Positions 1-11,583 of a stretch of DNA of 58,027 nt are shown here, one piece after another. A program made the translations under genes and the position numbers. The notes under the pieces were generated by a model. It saw only the letters and a program-made list of their open reading frames with translations. It ran no database searches and was not told the origin of the DNA. Each line of letters begins with the position of its first letter. Within the stretch, counting starts at the first letter, position 1. Source of the DNA: Spirogloea muscicola (Eukaryota); contig WELB01000030.1 of the NCBI GenBank assembly GCA_009602725.1, forward strand, positions 781,390-839,416. Direction: 5' to 3'.

Positions 1-549
1 CTCCTGGAGCTCCGGTGCACTGCTCTCGCGCTGGCCGCCAGTGCGGTTGCCTCCCCGGCACAAGTGAGCCGAGGGTTTGATCGCAGCCGGCCGAGCCAGC
101 TTGTGGGCTGGGCAGCCGGACCCATGTTCCCCGCACGAGGCTGTGCAAGCTGCCTAGGTGCCGTATCCTCCCTCGCCACCGCCGTGGCCGCCGCGGCGCA
201 CGGCGTGGCATGAGGGACCCCGCCAGCTGGGGGCTGCGCTGCGGACGGCACTGTGCGCGGCGAGCTCCGAGGAGCGCGCCGCGCAGGTGCGCGCCGTGCC
301 TTGGCAGGCGGCGGCATGCGCGCCCGGCGGCGCTCAGGCGCTCGAGCGCCCCGGGGGGTTGGCAAGGCGCCGCAGCGCCCGGGGGGGCGGCGGCGCCGGC
401 GGCGAGCTAGGGAGCCGTTGGGTCGGCCAAAGGAGGCTTGAGTGGCCAAGTACGTGGGAACCCGGCGGGCCGAGGCGGGCGGGGCGCCGCGCCGCCATGC
501 CGGCGGAGGCCCCCCGCGTGAGCAGCAGCGCCCCGCAGGCGCCGCCGCC

Positions 550-3500
550 ATGGCGCTCCCCCTGCCCGCGCCAAGCGCCGCTGCTCACCCCGGCGCGCCG
601 CCCGCCTCTGCGCAGGACTACGCGTACGTGAGCCTCGCGGACGCCGAGACGTGCGTCGACCAGCGCGTGCACTTCCACGCCGTCGTCGAGCATGCCGAGC
701 CGCCCAAGGACACGCGCGGCCGCGGTGAGGCCGCGCCTCCGCGCCGCAGCTGCGCGCGCGTCACAAGAGCGTGGCCCAGCTTCCAGTCCCGCAGCTAGCC
801 ACTCGCGGCCGCTGCGGCAGATGGGTTGTCTTGAGATCACAGTGTGGGAGCCGCCTGGACACGGAGTGCCAGTAGCGGCTTGCGTCACGGGGTGCCGCCA
901 TTGTTGGCGCCTCGCCCTCGAGCCCGCTCATGCACTGCTTGGCGCAACCGCGTCTGGTGTCTGGCTCTCAAGGCAAGGGCAGCCTCTTACTCAGGCTGCG
1001 CTTATGATCGCGTGCTTCCTGCACGCAGACAAGATGTGCACACTGGTGGTGAGGGACATGAGCCGCAGCAACCCGGGCCTGCGCGTCATCTGCTTCGCGC
1101 CCACTTTCGAGCAGCTGCCCGCAGTCAGGGCTCCGGGCGACATAATCCGCTTTCACCGCATTCATGTCGGCCTTCATCCCCGGCCCGTCCACCCATGTGG
1201 TGCTTTTAGCTCCAGCAGCTCTTATCCAGCAGCGTTCGACAGGCTATGTAACACATATGGGAGGGCGAGCCTCTGCTCCGCTAGGCTGCCTGCAGGCCGT
1301 CGCAGGCAGGGCACTTGCTTCGGGAAGCCATGCACAGGATCCAGAGTCAGGAGAGGGTCAGTCTGGGCCTACCCAATGTACTCTCGGGCTGCTGTGTGCT
1401 GTGTACAACTCAGCCGTGCAACAGCGATGCAGATGCTTACCCACAACGGTGCCCCGCAAGCGCGAGCCCACATCAAGGCAGGCTGCAGCTTCGTCCTCTT
1501 CGAAGGCCAGCGGGATGGCTCCATGGCCCCATACCACAAGTCCTCGAAAGAGTACACCCCCGGAGGCTCACTGGAAACGAAAGCCGTGGAGATCCTCAGG
1601 GCGTGGGCGTTGAACAACCCTGTCAACACTAGTGCGTGCCTCTGCCTTCCGAGTGGCCTCTCAGTACCAGACGCCAATTGGCCTTTCATTGACCTGCTGT
1701 GAATGATGCCCGGTGCTTCAGTGTTGCGAGAGTGCAGAGTGTTTGTATATTGTCTTGGTCAAAGAAATGACAAGCTGGTTCGGGGGCGCCCTGCCTTTCC
1801 AGGGCCCAAGCAGTACTTGACTAGTATTGAAGGAGTGAAGCACGACACGTTCTTCGACCTCTATTGCAAGGTCCGTCTGGCTTTTGCTTCGCATGCTTCT
1901 GCCCCAGCAGAGCTTGCTCTCAATTGTCTTCGTGGAGCATCATTACATGAGCTTCTCACTCTAACTGACAAGACCGCTCAAGGACTCGTGCAGATCTTGT
2001 TTGTTGACCAGCGAGAGTATGACGGGGCCGTGATGATGTATGCTTGGGATGGCACGGATGCGCCACCAGCTCCCTTGCAGGCCAGTGAGTTCAGCAAGGC
2101 ATTTGGTCACTTGGTGCTAGTCCCTGCAGCCATTACTAGTTGCCAACAGCATACGTACTTGCTTGCTGGCAAGCTGAATGGCTCCGTTACATCTCTGACG
2201 TGCGGCGCAGGAGGAGCAGCAGGAGGACGCCAGTGACGGTCCGGCCCCTCCCTCCCGATTCCCTCCTCTTCCTTACGAAGTTCTCAGGCAGACTCCTACT
2301 CTTGGCACCACCTTGCCGGTGGTCTTTGCCGTGGCGAGGGAAGAGTTGCCTCAACCATTGCCTCGGGAGGGCGATTGGGTGCGCTTTCGGAATCTGCGCT
2401 GCTGGCTCTCTCCTGAGGGCATGTATGAAGCAATTTTTGCAAGGGCGAGCAAGGTGTACCCTCTGCGGCCTGATACACCCCAGTTGCAGGAGATAACCAG
2501 GTAGCTGCAGAGCTGTCCCTGTACGTGTCGACATCACCGCCCCATCTTTGCGCTTGTGCATCAGATTACATCTTGCTGTATACATAATTTCCTCCTATGT
2601 CTGTACTTACCACAAGTTTAGACTGATGTAAGCACTTGTTGTGCATGACCTCAAGAGCATATGACGCTCGGAAAGAGAAGGCTGACATGCGGTATCCAAC
2701 GAGCATTCCACCCTGGATACAGGCAGACTCCCTTTCTTTGACCAGTGAGTATTGGTGGTCAGTGTCAAAGTCCGAGCTGAATGTCGAGCTGCTGGTCCTG
2801 CATTGCTTTCTCTGTTGAGCTTGTCTTCATATGAAAGGGTCACACATGATCATCTGGTGAACACCGTAATCTGCAGTTACGGACCATGAGAATGTGGGTT
2901 ACGTGCCACTGCGCGAGGTGCTTGCGCATTCTGAGGTTAGATTTTCTTCCTCTGATGGCCTCTGCAGACAAGTCAATTTTCATTCCCCGTCCTACAGTCT
3001 GTCAAATGTAGTTACCATTTGACATTGTGTGGCCTATGCAGGTCACTCACAAATTCCGCTGCGTTGTCCGGCTCGTGGACCTGTGGCCAAGACAGGTGGA
3101 GCACTTCTGTATGTTGCGGAGAAAATCATCCCAACCAGGAAATGGGACAAGTGCGACACCTTGTGCAGCTGGAGAGTCGTACTGCTACCGACTCCTCCTG
3201 ACACTGGAAGATCCTACTGCTCGTGTCCAAGCATGGCTGGTGGGCGAAGATGGGGTCAGTGACTGTGCTATTCCCCAAACTTTCAACAAGAAGGAATGCC
3301 ATGAACAGGGTTCATCTGCATTGCTATACTAGCGGCCTCAGTGGCTGTCAGAAACGTGTTACAAGGTCAAACCTGATTGATACTGCATCAGTGCCCCATT
3401 GGCTGTTGTGAAGTCATTGGTTGTCTTCTGTCTTCGTGCAGGAGATGTGGTGGACTGCAGCCCCACAGGCTGCTGTTAGGGTTTGCATGCTCACCCAGGT

Positions 3501-3773
3501 CCTTAAGCGTTTCACCTAAGCCATGTCGCGTGATTACCTCAGGTGAAGTTCTTCAACGGCCACCCTCCCGCAGACTTCCACCAGCCAAGCGCCACCGCAG
3601 ACGCCCTCAGGCGCAAGGTCTGGCGGCTCCTGGGCCAGGCAGATGACAGTGGCACCGTCAAGGGGAAGAAAGACCCTCCCTGGATGAAGTGCTGCCTCAA
3701 GTCGTACTATGTGGACAAGGCCTGCCCACGGAGCTCCCGCCTGTACAGTCTCTTTGGCACAACCATGGTGTAG
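550..3773 (+). CDS. POT1: Protection of telomeres 1 (OB-fold single-stranded telomere DNA-binding protein), multi-exon
   Basis: Spliced GT-AG exons give YAYVSLADA...VHFHAVVEHAEPPKDTRG / DKMCTLVVRD...LRVICFAPTFEQLPAVRAPGDIIRFHRI / SFVLFEG...PYHKS / TFFDLYCK...YAWDGTD / GDWVRFRNL / TDHENVGYVPLREVL..VTHKFRCVVR / LTLEDPTARVQAWL / PPWMKCCLKSYY...YSLFGTTMV*. These match plant POT1 OB1, OB2 and C-terminal motifs. The start ATG (550) is the best guess. Confidence 0.9.
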
Positions 3774-3901
3774 ATTAAGCATCCTTCTTAGGCACCATCT
3801 CCGGCAAATCCCTGCTACAGCTTACACAGGCATGTATTCGCCACTCTGACTATTCAGGGGTTGATACTGCCCCAAGTGTTGGTGTTTGCACCTGAACATT
3901 T

Positions 3902-4320
3902 TCAGGTGATGTTCATGGCCACTATTCTTTTGCAGGTCCTAGGTTGGGCCTTGTGAATAAGTCTTTTGACTTGGGTGTGGTCCAATACGCAGCCAAAGCC
4001 TGCAGAGCAACAGCTGCAGGCATCTAAATGGGTCACTGCATTGCACCCACACCGATCCTTGAAGCAGGCGCTGCAGAATTTCTCCAAGCTGGTGACTAGC
4101 TAGACAATCTATGAAAGCGTGTAAAATTCTATGTGAAGTCGATAGCCACTATGGTTTTGTAGGTCCTAATTTGGGCCTTGAGGTGCTCGGCCACTGTATG
4201 TATAAAGCCTGCAAGGCAACAGCTGCAGGCACCCATAAGGCACCTATTCGTTCTGTGCATTTTACCACACTGATCCTTCAATAAGGTGCAGCAAATTCTC
4301 CAAGTTGATGACCAGCAACC
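3902..4320. repeat. Degenerate tandem duplication (~225-bp period, 2 copies)
   Basis: The blocks ggtccta..ttgggccttg, aaagcctgca..gcaacagctgcaggca, cacac.gatcctt and ttctccaag.tg.tgac.agc occur in the same order at ~3935-4100 and ~4162-4317. Confidence 0.8.
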
Positions 4321-4813
4321 TATGACAGCATTTACACGTCTTCTAGCAGCAGTGGCACTCCTTGAAAGCCAAAATACATGTAGCACAGTTGCCATTCTTG
4401 TCATGTGGCTGCCTAATGCAGATAGCAAGATGGTGTGGCAACTGTGGAAGAAAGCTCTGTGGAACCGGCGTGGCCACACTGCTAGGTTGTGTCAGTCCGG
4501 AGGCGAAAGGTTATGCTAAGCGGACTAAGTAGAACAACCACTCTGCTTATCACAAAAACAGGAGAGAGCTCTCTTGCTCAAGCAGCCTGTTGAATTTGAA
4601 AGCATGTGGTGGTATTTGGAGATGGCACGAGGCCCTCCTATCGCCGCCAGTGACAACTAAAGAGGATCTATCTGCTTCTGCTTTGAGCTCCTAGCCTTTG
4701 GTCTATACAGATGAGCAAGTAGCATTCAGGGCAAGAGTGGAAGGAGAGACTTTCGCAATAGGCGTATCTCCACGCCAAGCGTGCACCCCCGGACTTCCCT
4801 GGTCTGCTCAGTC

Positions 4814-7800
4814 TCAGAGCATGCGCACAAACTGGGGATCTTGCTCGCGCTTCTTCTTCCGATAATACCAAACCCCCACTGCAGCAATGGCGGCCGCCAC
4901 AACCAAGGCTACAATGATGCCGGCAATGGTGCCGCCATCGTCGCTGCCCTTCTTTTTGGACGAAGTTGTCACAGGAGGAGGATTGCCAGGCTGGGGCAGT
5001 GGCGGTGGAGTGAAGCTGCCATCTGCAGGAGGGGGAGAGGACTGGCAGCCAAAGCATGCGCAGAGGAGAGTTTCCCAAGTCAGCAATAGTGAGCTGCTAC
5101 TGACCCCTGCTGTGCAATGCAGCAATTGCAAGGCGGCCCACTCCCCTTATAAGTACTGGTGGAAAAGGACAGCTCTGCTACATCATGCACCACCATCATC
5201 ATCCTTGCGACCAACGGAGGTCAACAACACAGAGAAAGAGCCAGCAGAGAGGAACATGCATATCTTATAGCAAGGCCAACCACTACGATTTCCAAGTGCT
5301 ACCAGGTACAAGAAGCCCACGCACAGTTGAGGTGTCATTCTGGAAGTATTCTGGAGCTGCTGCAATCTGCGGAGCAGCTGGCGCATAAATATGCCGAGCT
5401 GTAGCAGGAGAGCAGCAAGGTCGGAGGAGATCCTGCGGAGCCAGCGAAGCTCCATCCTCCTTAACTTCTGCCTTTTTCTGCAAGGAGCCATCGCAACAGG
5501 CACCCACATGGAATCAAGACCGACATTGAATGCTGGACCAGGGACTAGCAATTGCTTGGCTGATGCAGAAGTTGGCCGAAAGACATAGGAGATCCTGTGC
5601 GGATGTTGTGCTGCTTCAACAGGATGACGAGCAGAGACATACCTCCCAAGCATACCCAATCAGGTTTACAAAGTCGAAAATCGGTTTCTCTCCTGCCCCA
5701 TAGTGCGACTGTCGCTCTCCAGTTTTTGGTTCAAACTGAACCTTGCCAGTACAACCGTTGAATCCTCCCCAATAACCATCGCTCAGCTCAGTAGTTACTT
5801 GCTCACTGACAATTGGAACGCCTGCCAAACAGAGGGTGCAAAGGCTCAAACCACAGACGAAGCTGTGCTGCCGCTTGTAAGAGCATGGAGCACACGTCCC
5901 CGATAGATTACAATCACAGACAGCACACTCAGGGCAAGAGCAGAGCTAGCAAAGGGACAAGTAGGAGGACGAGGTGGCGTACTGTTCTCTGTAAGTGTTT
6001 TGAAGACTTCAAAGTAGGCCCTTACAGCATCCCAGAGGTAGGGCACATATGCCCGAGTATGATCAAATCGTGGCGTCACATCCAATGTGAGTAGCCCAGG
6101 GTATTCATCATGACTCTGTTGCTTCCAGTAATCCGAGTACAATGTGCATGCTGGATCAGTGAGGATTCCACCTGTGCAGAGTAGAGTAATGACATGCTAG
6201 ACCATCAGAGATAACCTCTGGGTGAAGGCTCAATGCACAGCTGCTCACTGTCTGCTACATGCAGCTTCTTCTCTGCTCTCAAATGGCTCCTCTACCTCCT
6301 ATCCTTCATTGCAAAGTCAACACCCAGGCACACTCACTGGATTAAGCTTTTCCAACAACATGCTCTGATGGTTTTCTCTATGAAAAGCCCTGCACTGAGA
6401 CTAACTTGCAAAAGTGAACAAGCAGCCAAACTCACCATACGGAGCTATTCCCATTTCGCCTTGAAGAGGTGTGACAAGCTGGGCAATTGGATCCACTGCA
6501 AAGTCAGGCCACCAGAATATCAGCAAAAGCACATGTAAGCCCACCACATTCATTAGTTTGACTGACGAGATTGTATATCCTGACATTGCTCTGTCCTGTG
6601 ACTGCTGGTTACGCTAGGACCTGTTACTTACAGAAGCACTGCACTAATGCAACATTGGAAGAATGCCCACTTTCATGACTAGTGCCCAACATCATCGTCA
6701 CATTTGCAGCATCCCGGCATTCTTAAGGATGGCTGTCAAGGTTCATTGACAAGAGGAACACGAATGCAACTAGAAATACAGTATGTCATATGGTGCCAGA
6801 TCCTTGTCACCTTCGCCGACCAGATCAAAAGCCGTCACCCCATCAGAGCCAAGGTACCACCATGGGTACTTGGTATAATTCTGCGGCAAAAAATACAGCA
6901 TGGCACTCAAACATACCATAACAAATGGCAAGAGCAACTACCAGCAAGTCCATACACACAGATTTGGTGCCAGAACAGAGGCACTGTCACCAACTACACA
7001 TGAGCAGTAGATTTCTATGCAATGCTTGGGAACTGCATGACAATCTGGTAAGAGCAGTGAAACTTCTGAGGCTGATTGTGAAGCAGGCTTTGACTAATCA
7101 AACAGAGGTGATGATACGCAGAATATACGAAGGCTCCGAATACCCACTTTCTTGACAGCGTAACTGAAGAGAGTCTCAGTATCCTTGGGATTCATCACCA
7201 GGACCATGATTGGTGGCGATGTGATGTCAAACTCAGAGTACACCTTGTCGAAGTCCGTATCTTCGCGACCATCAATAGAGAGCATCTGTACTGACCTTGA
7301 TCCTCCGATTTTTGCTACTTGCTGTCACAAACGTCATCCAGTGTAGGGGCGTAAGTCAACCTCCATGCTGCAAGACTTGACAATACCGAAGGCTTGGCTG
7401 AAGTCCATTTACTGAATGCATAATTAGGGAAAGCTCCTCACCTGAATGTCATATGACAACCCTTCTCCATATGTATCGCCACTGAAGTACAAGATAGCCA
7501 CTCTTGGCCAATCAAAATAGTGAAGCTGTGAAAGCGCCATGACAAAGAACCAAAACGACAAGCAATAAGTGTAAATGAGCTCTGAGATATGCTATCATAC
7601 GTGCCGTCAAGCTCTTCAATGTAGCTGAAAAGCACATCACTGACCCTACACAACAATCCGTGCAGAACAACATAACAAGTACATTTTATATTGCGGCCTC
7701 TTGCATGGAGATTGCCTACCACAGTGCTAAAGGCATCCTTTTGTTTCTTATCACCATAGCTGCATCAAGAGCAGGTCCAATAGATCAGTACAAGAATGGA

Positions 7801-8933
7801 CGAGCACACTGGTGCACGCAAAAGCACATGAGAGAAAGCACAAACTGGACCAAAGGATGCGCAGCTCAAGGGCCAGATGCCATAGTAGTATGTGCTGGGA
7901 AAAACATTGAGTCATACTGAACACTTAAACCCTGTACTTTGACTCCAGGTTGAGCAATGGTGCTTGTAGGAAACATACGCAGTCCGGAAGAAGTAGGGGT
8001 ACACTGAATGATTCACCAGCGCACCATTGGTGGCTGCAAATGAGATGATAGAGAGCTTGTAATCGCTTGGCAGCTTCGATGCTCCACGAGCAGAATCCGT
8101 GCAAGCTGGCCCCACGATGCCAGCAACTCCTTGGGCAGCCAGCTTCTGTTGGCCACAGCACAAAGTCTCGTGTGAGAGCATGCCTTTTGTATGGTCAATA
8201 TTGACAAGACAGGTGGAGGGTTGTCATATCATCCTCTGTCACAGGCGGGTGCGTGGGAGGTCATTCACATGAACTGCTATGTGTACTAATTGCTACGAGA
8301 TGTATTTCTGCACAGGCTAACTAAGGAGGAGGGCAAGTGCTGGGACTCACAAGGGCAGCATCTTGAGCCTTTGCAAAGTCGCAGTCCGAGGACATGTAGA
8401 TCGGCTCAACCTGGAAGTCGGCGTATTGACCATTGAGCACCTCAACTGCCACTCTGGCGGCGCTGTGCCTGCAGCGAAAGGCACAAGGCAGGGTTGGCAT
8501 CAGAATGACAGTAGAGAAGAGACAATGTGCTTTGGTGCACTTGCATACGGGCCGCGAGGGAGCTCGGCGGCTTTTCGTAAAGACACAGAGAGCGAGGCAC
8601 AATCTCATTCTTGCCAGGAACCAGCCCCATGACTGGTCGTGGCAATGGACGTATCAGTGGTGCCACTGGTAGCACAACAGCTGGCGCAAGAGACACGTCC
8701 ATCCCCATCGCTGAAGCTTGTAACCGCCGTTTGAGAGACCGTGGTGCCGCCAGGAGGAGGAGAGAAGTGCGTTCTCACCACTCTTTGGCCAAGCGAGCCG
8801 GGATGGCTGCTTCGGCAGAGCCCGTGGTGGAGGGCAGCAGGAAGCCGAGCTTGATGGAATCGGCGGCGCGCGCAGCCGGCGCCGCGGCGGCGCAGAGTGC
8901 CGCAACCAGCGCCAGGAACAGCAGCGCCGCCAT
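4814..8933 (-). CDS. Type I single-pass membrane protein with an extracellular ANF-receptor/type-1 periplasmic-binding (Venus flytrap) domain and a ~15-aa cytoplasmic tail
   Basis: Signal peptide MAALLFLALVAALCAAA is followed by exons IKLGFLLP / SAARVAVEVLN..SSDCD / GVAGIVGPACTDSA...IISFAATNGAL..YPYFFRT / LHYFDWPRVAILYFSGDTYGEGL / YPWWYLGSDG / YLWDAV / FNGCTGKVQFE..GER. Then come a Pro-rich stalk, the TM segment IAGIIVALVVAAAIAAVGVWYY and RKKKREQDPQFVRML*. Exons between ~5030 and 5500 are uncertain. Confidence 0.85.
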
Positions 8934-8942
8934 GGCGCCGCG

Positions 8943-8973
<31 letters not shown>

Positions 8974-9125
8974 AGGAGAGGGCCGCTCGGAGCGCGGGCC
9001 TGGGCGGCCTGGGGGTGGCAGCTGGGAGGGTGAGGAATAGCGGTCCTGGCAGATCCTCAGTTCCGGCGACCAATTTCCCGGGATCAGATGCGGGGCCCAC
9101 CCTCACCCGGCTCTCGCACCCTTTA

Positions 9126-9265
9126 GGGCCAATTTACACTAGACCGGTCGGTTACTCATTGGCCTCGCCTTGGCCTCAAATTGGCAAAGTCTTGACTTCG
9201 AGCGTCCAACAACGCGCGACACGTAACCTACAGCCGTGACCGACCGGTCGAGTGTAAATCGGCCC
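9126..9265. mobile_element. PIF/Harbinger (Tourist-like) MITE, 140 bp
   Basis: Terminal inverted repeats of ~30 bp (GGGCCAATTTACACTAGACCGGTCGGTTAC ... GTGACCGACCGGTCGAGTGTAAATCGGCCC, 3 mismatches) are flanked on both sides by TTA (9123-9125 and 9266-9268). Confidence 0.85.
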
Positions 9266-9304
9266 TTAAGATGAATGCGGCTGCCGATATAAGCAGTGAG
9301 CTCT

Positions 9305-11200
9305 TCCAAAAAGGGGGCGGGGGCTGTGAAGAGCCAAGCCCAGAAAAGAAGAAAGGGCTCGCCCATTGAGGATGAACGATATTGAGGATAGGGGCTGGAA
9401 AAGCGAAAAGGAACGAACAAGGTCAACAGGGCCGAAAGAAAGGCAACATGCCGCACCCTTTTAAATGGCGGCCGCCGATCGGGTCGCCCCCCACCATCCG
9501 CGCCGCCGCCGCCGTCGGGGGGAGCACGCCCGCCGCCGTGCCTCGGCGCGCGGCGGCGCCACCAACCACGGCGCGCGCCACCGCCGCCGCCTTTTCGTAC
9601 CTGGGGTGTCCGTTGCGCCTTCCCCCCCCTGAGTGTCGTGTCCACGATCCCCCCCACCCCCCCCGGGCCTTCACATGGGGAAAGAAGAAAGCGCGGCCAG
9701 ATTGACTGGTGGCAGGGAAAGCCCAAGACCAAGGAAATTCCCAAAGAGAAAGTGCTCGCCCATTGAGAATGGGGCTGGAAAAGCCAGCCCCTATCCCAAA
9801 ACCTTCCCCGGGCCTCTTTGGCCTTGGGTTGTTTCAATACACGCACGTTCCCCGGGCCCACTACCGGCGCTGTCCCTCTCCTCCAGGGAAAAGATCGTGT
9901 ATTAGAAAGAAATGTAGGCCAAATGGCCCAGGTACAAAGGCAAGCACATCTAAAATCTACATAACCTACAGCAGATTGACCCGCTCAATAACCACGGGTC
10001 AANNNNNNNNNNNNNNNNNNNNNNNNNNNNNNNNNNNNNNNNNNNNNNNNNNNNNNNNNNNNNNNNNNNNNNNNNNNNNNNNNNNNNNNNNNNNNNNNNN
10101 NNNNNNNNNNNNNNNNNNNNNNNNNNNNNNNNNNNNNNNNNNNNNNNNNNNNNNNNNNNNNNNNNNNNNNNNNNNNNNNNNNNNNNNNNNNNNNNNNNNN
10201 NNNNNNNNNNNNNNNNNNNNNNNNNNNNNNNNNNNNNNNNNNNNNNNNNNNNNNNNNNNNNNNNNNNNNNNNNNNNNNNNNNNNNNNNNNNNNNNNNNNN
10301 NNNNNNNNNNNNNNNNNNNNNNNNNNNNNNNNNNNNNNNNNNNNNNNNNNNNNNNNNNNNNNNNNNNNNNNNNNNNNNNNNNNNTTGGCTCTTCATCAAC
10401 GTGCAGGGCGCGCTCTAAGTCAGGCCTCCGGCTTTCGTGGCGGCGCTCCAGCTCCCCAAGTTAGCTTGTCAGATTTGTTTGAGCTCACCCGTGGGTACTA
10501 ATGTCATCTTAGGTACCTTAGATTAGGTCTCCGTATTATGTAGCATTGTTTAGTCTGCACTCGACTCTGCCTGAACAATGTATTGGCTTGAATTGGCCTC
10601 CCTTTCAATTCATGCGCCCCGCGCGCCTTCTCTCTCTTATGCCAGGCGGCCTTGCACACCGTTGGTCACCGTCAGCTCGTGTGGACCACTGCTGGGCACC
10701 TGCACTCGTCAAGGTAGATAACTGGCAGAGCAACTCCTGGGGCGGCATCCGTAGCGTAACTTGCTTACTTAGTGGTATACGAGCTTCTGAGTCCTTCAAA
10801 CCGGTTGATAACTCTTGGCTGGCTTTTCAATGGTTCTTATCACAGCTATCGCCCCCCTTGGAAGAAAGAAAGGGCTCGCCCAATGAGGATATGGGCTGGA
10901 ATAGCCAGTCCAGAAAAAAAGCATGAGCATAGTACAAGAATGGGGCCAGGCGAAGTACGAAGAAAGACAAGCACAAAAAGGAACAAAGCAGCTACGAATC
11001 ACTCAGTAACCCCTGCTAAGCAGTCGCAGGTCAGAGATGCTAGGCTCCTGAAGAGCTTCTCCCTTTCTGGGCGACCAATCTTCTCTGATTCACCCAATTG
11101 CGACCCCTGCGATGAGCAGCTCACTGGGCTGCCAAAGGGCCATAGTTTTTCAAGCAGCAATATCAGCAATAGGAAGTTCCTGGCACCTTGAAGGGCCAGT
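9305..11200. mobile_element. Cluster of 3'-end fragments of RLE-type non-LTR retrotransposons (spans an assembly gap)
   Basis: A minus-strand copy at 9895-10002 matches 41956-42062. A plus copy at 10385-10640 reads LALHQRAGRALSQASGFRGGAPAPQVSLSDLFELTRGY*. A minus copy at ~10870-11050 reads ISDLRLLSRGY*. Tail motifs (ggctg.aa.agccagccc, ctcgcccattgag) recur at ~9320, 9360 and 9755-9790. Confidence 0.8.
10003..10384. other. Assembly gap (N run)
   Basis: Run of n, flanked on both sides by retrotransposon fragments. Confidence 1.
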
Positions 11201-11583
11201 ACGCATTTGACTTAACCTACAGACTCGCGCCACACAACCTGCAGTGGTCTGGAAACACCAGAGCAGACAGGTGACTAATTAGTGAAGGCTGGAATATCAG
11301 CCGGCATTGATCAAGGAAAGAGCAGCCCATCCTCCTAAGCAGCACCTAGCTGCCCTCTGGCCATGGGAATGTTGCTGCTAGGAAGCGCACAGGCAGATGC
11401 CATGCTTGACTTGACGGCACCTCTTACTCCTGCGCCGCAACCTGAATTGACTCCCTTGAAAACCACTGTCCCAAGGTTATCTGCATACAGTCATTGATCA
11501 GTTGCCAACTGTTAAAGGGTGACATCTAATTAAATCAGCATGTGTACAAGACTACGGGATTAAGTGCAAATGGCAGTATTTGT

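Noticed and set aside
158..549. Long GC-rich ORFs upstream of or overlapping POT1 (and similar ORFs at 31201-32345, 40405-41213 and 57067-57770)
   Set aside because: These are Arg/Ala/Pro/Gly-rich low-complexity frames, as expected from stop-codon scarcity in GC islands. No domain is recognisable, and no in-frame splice to POT1 was found.
9709..10464. ORFs spanning N runs (also 51507-52419)
   Set aside because: Artefacts of translating through assembly gaps.
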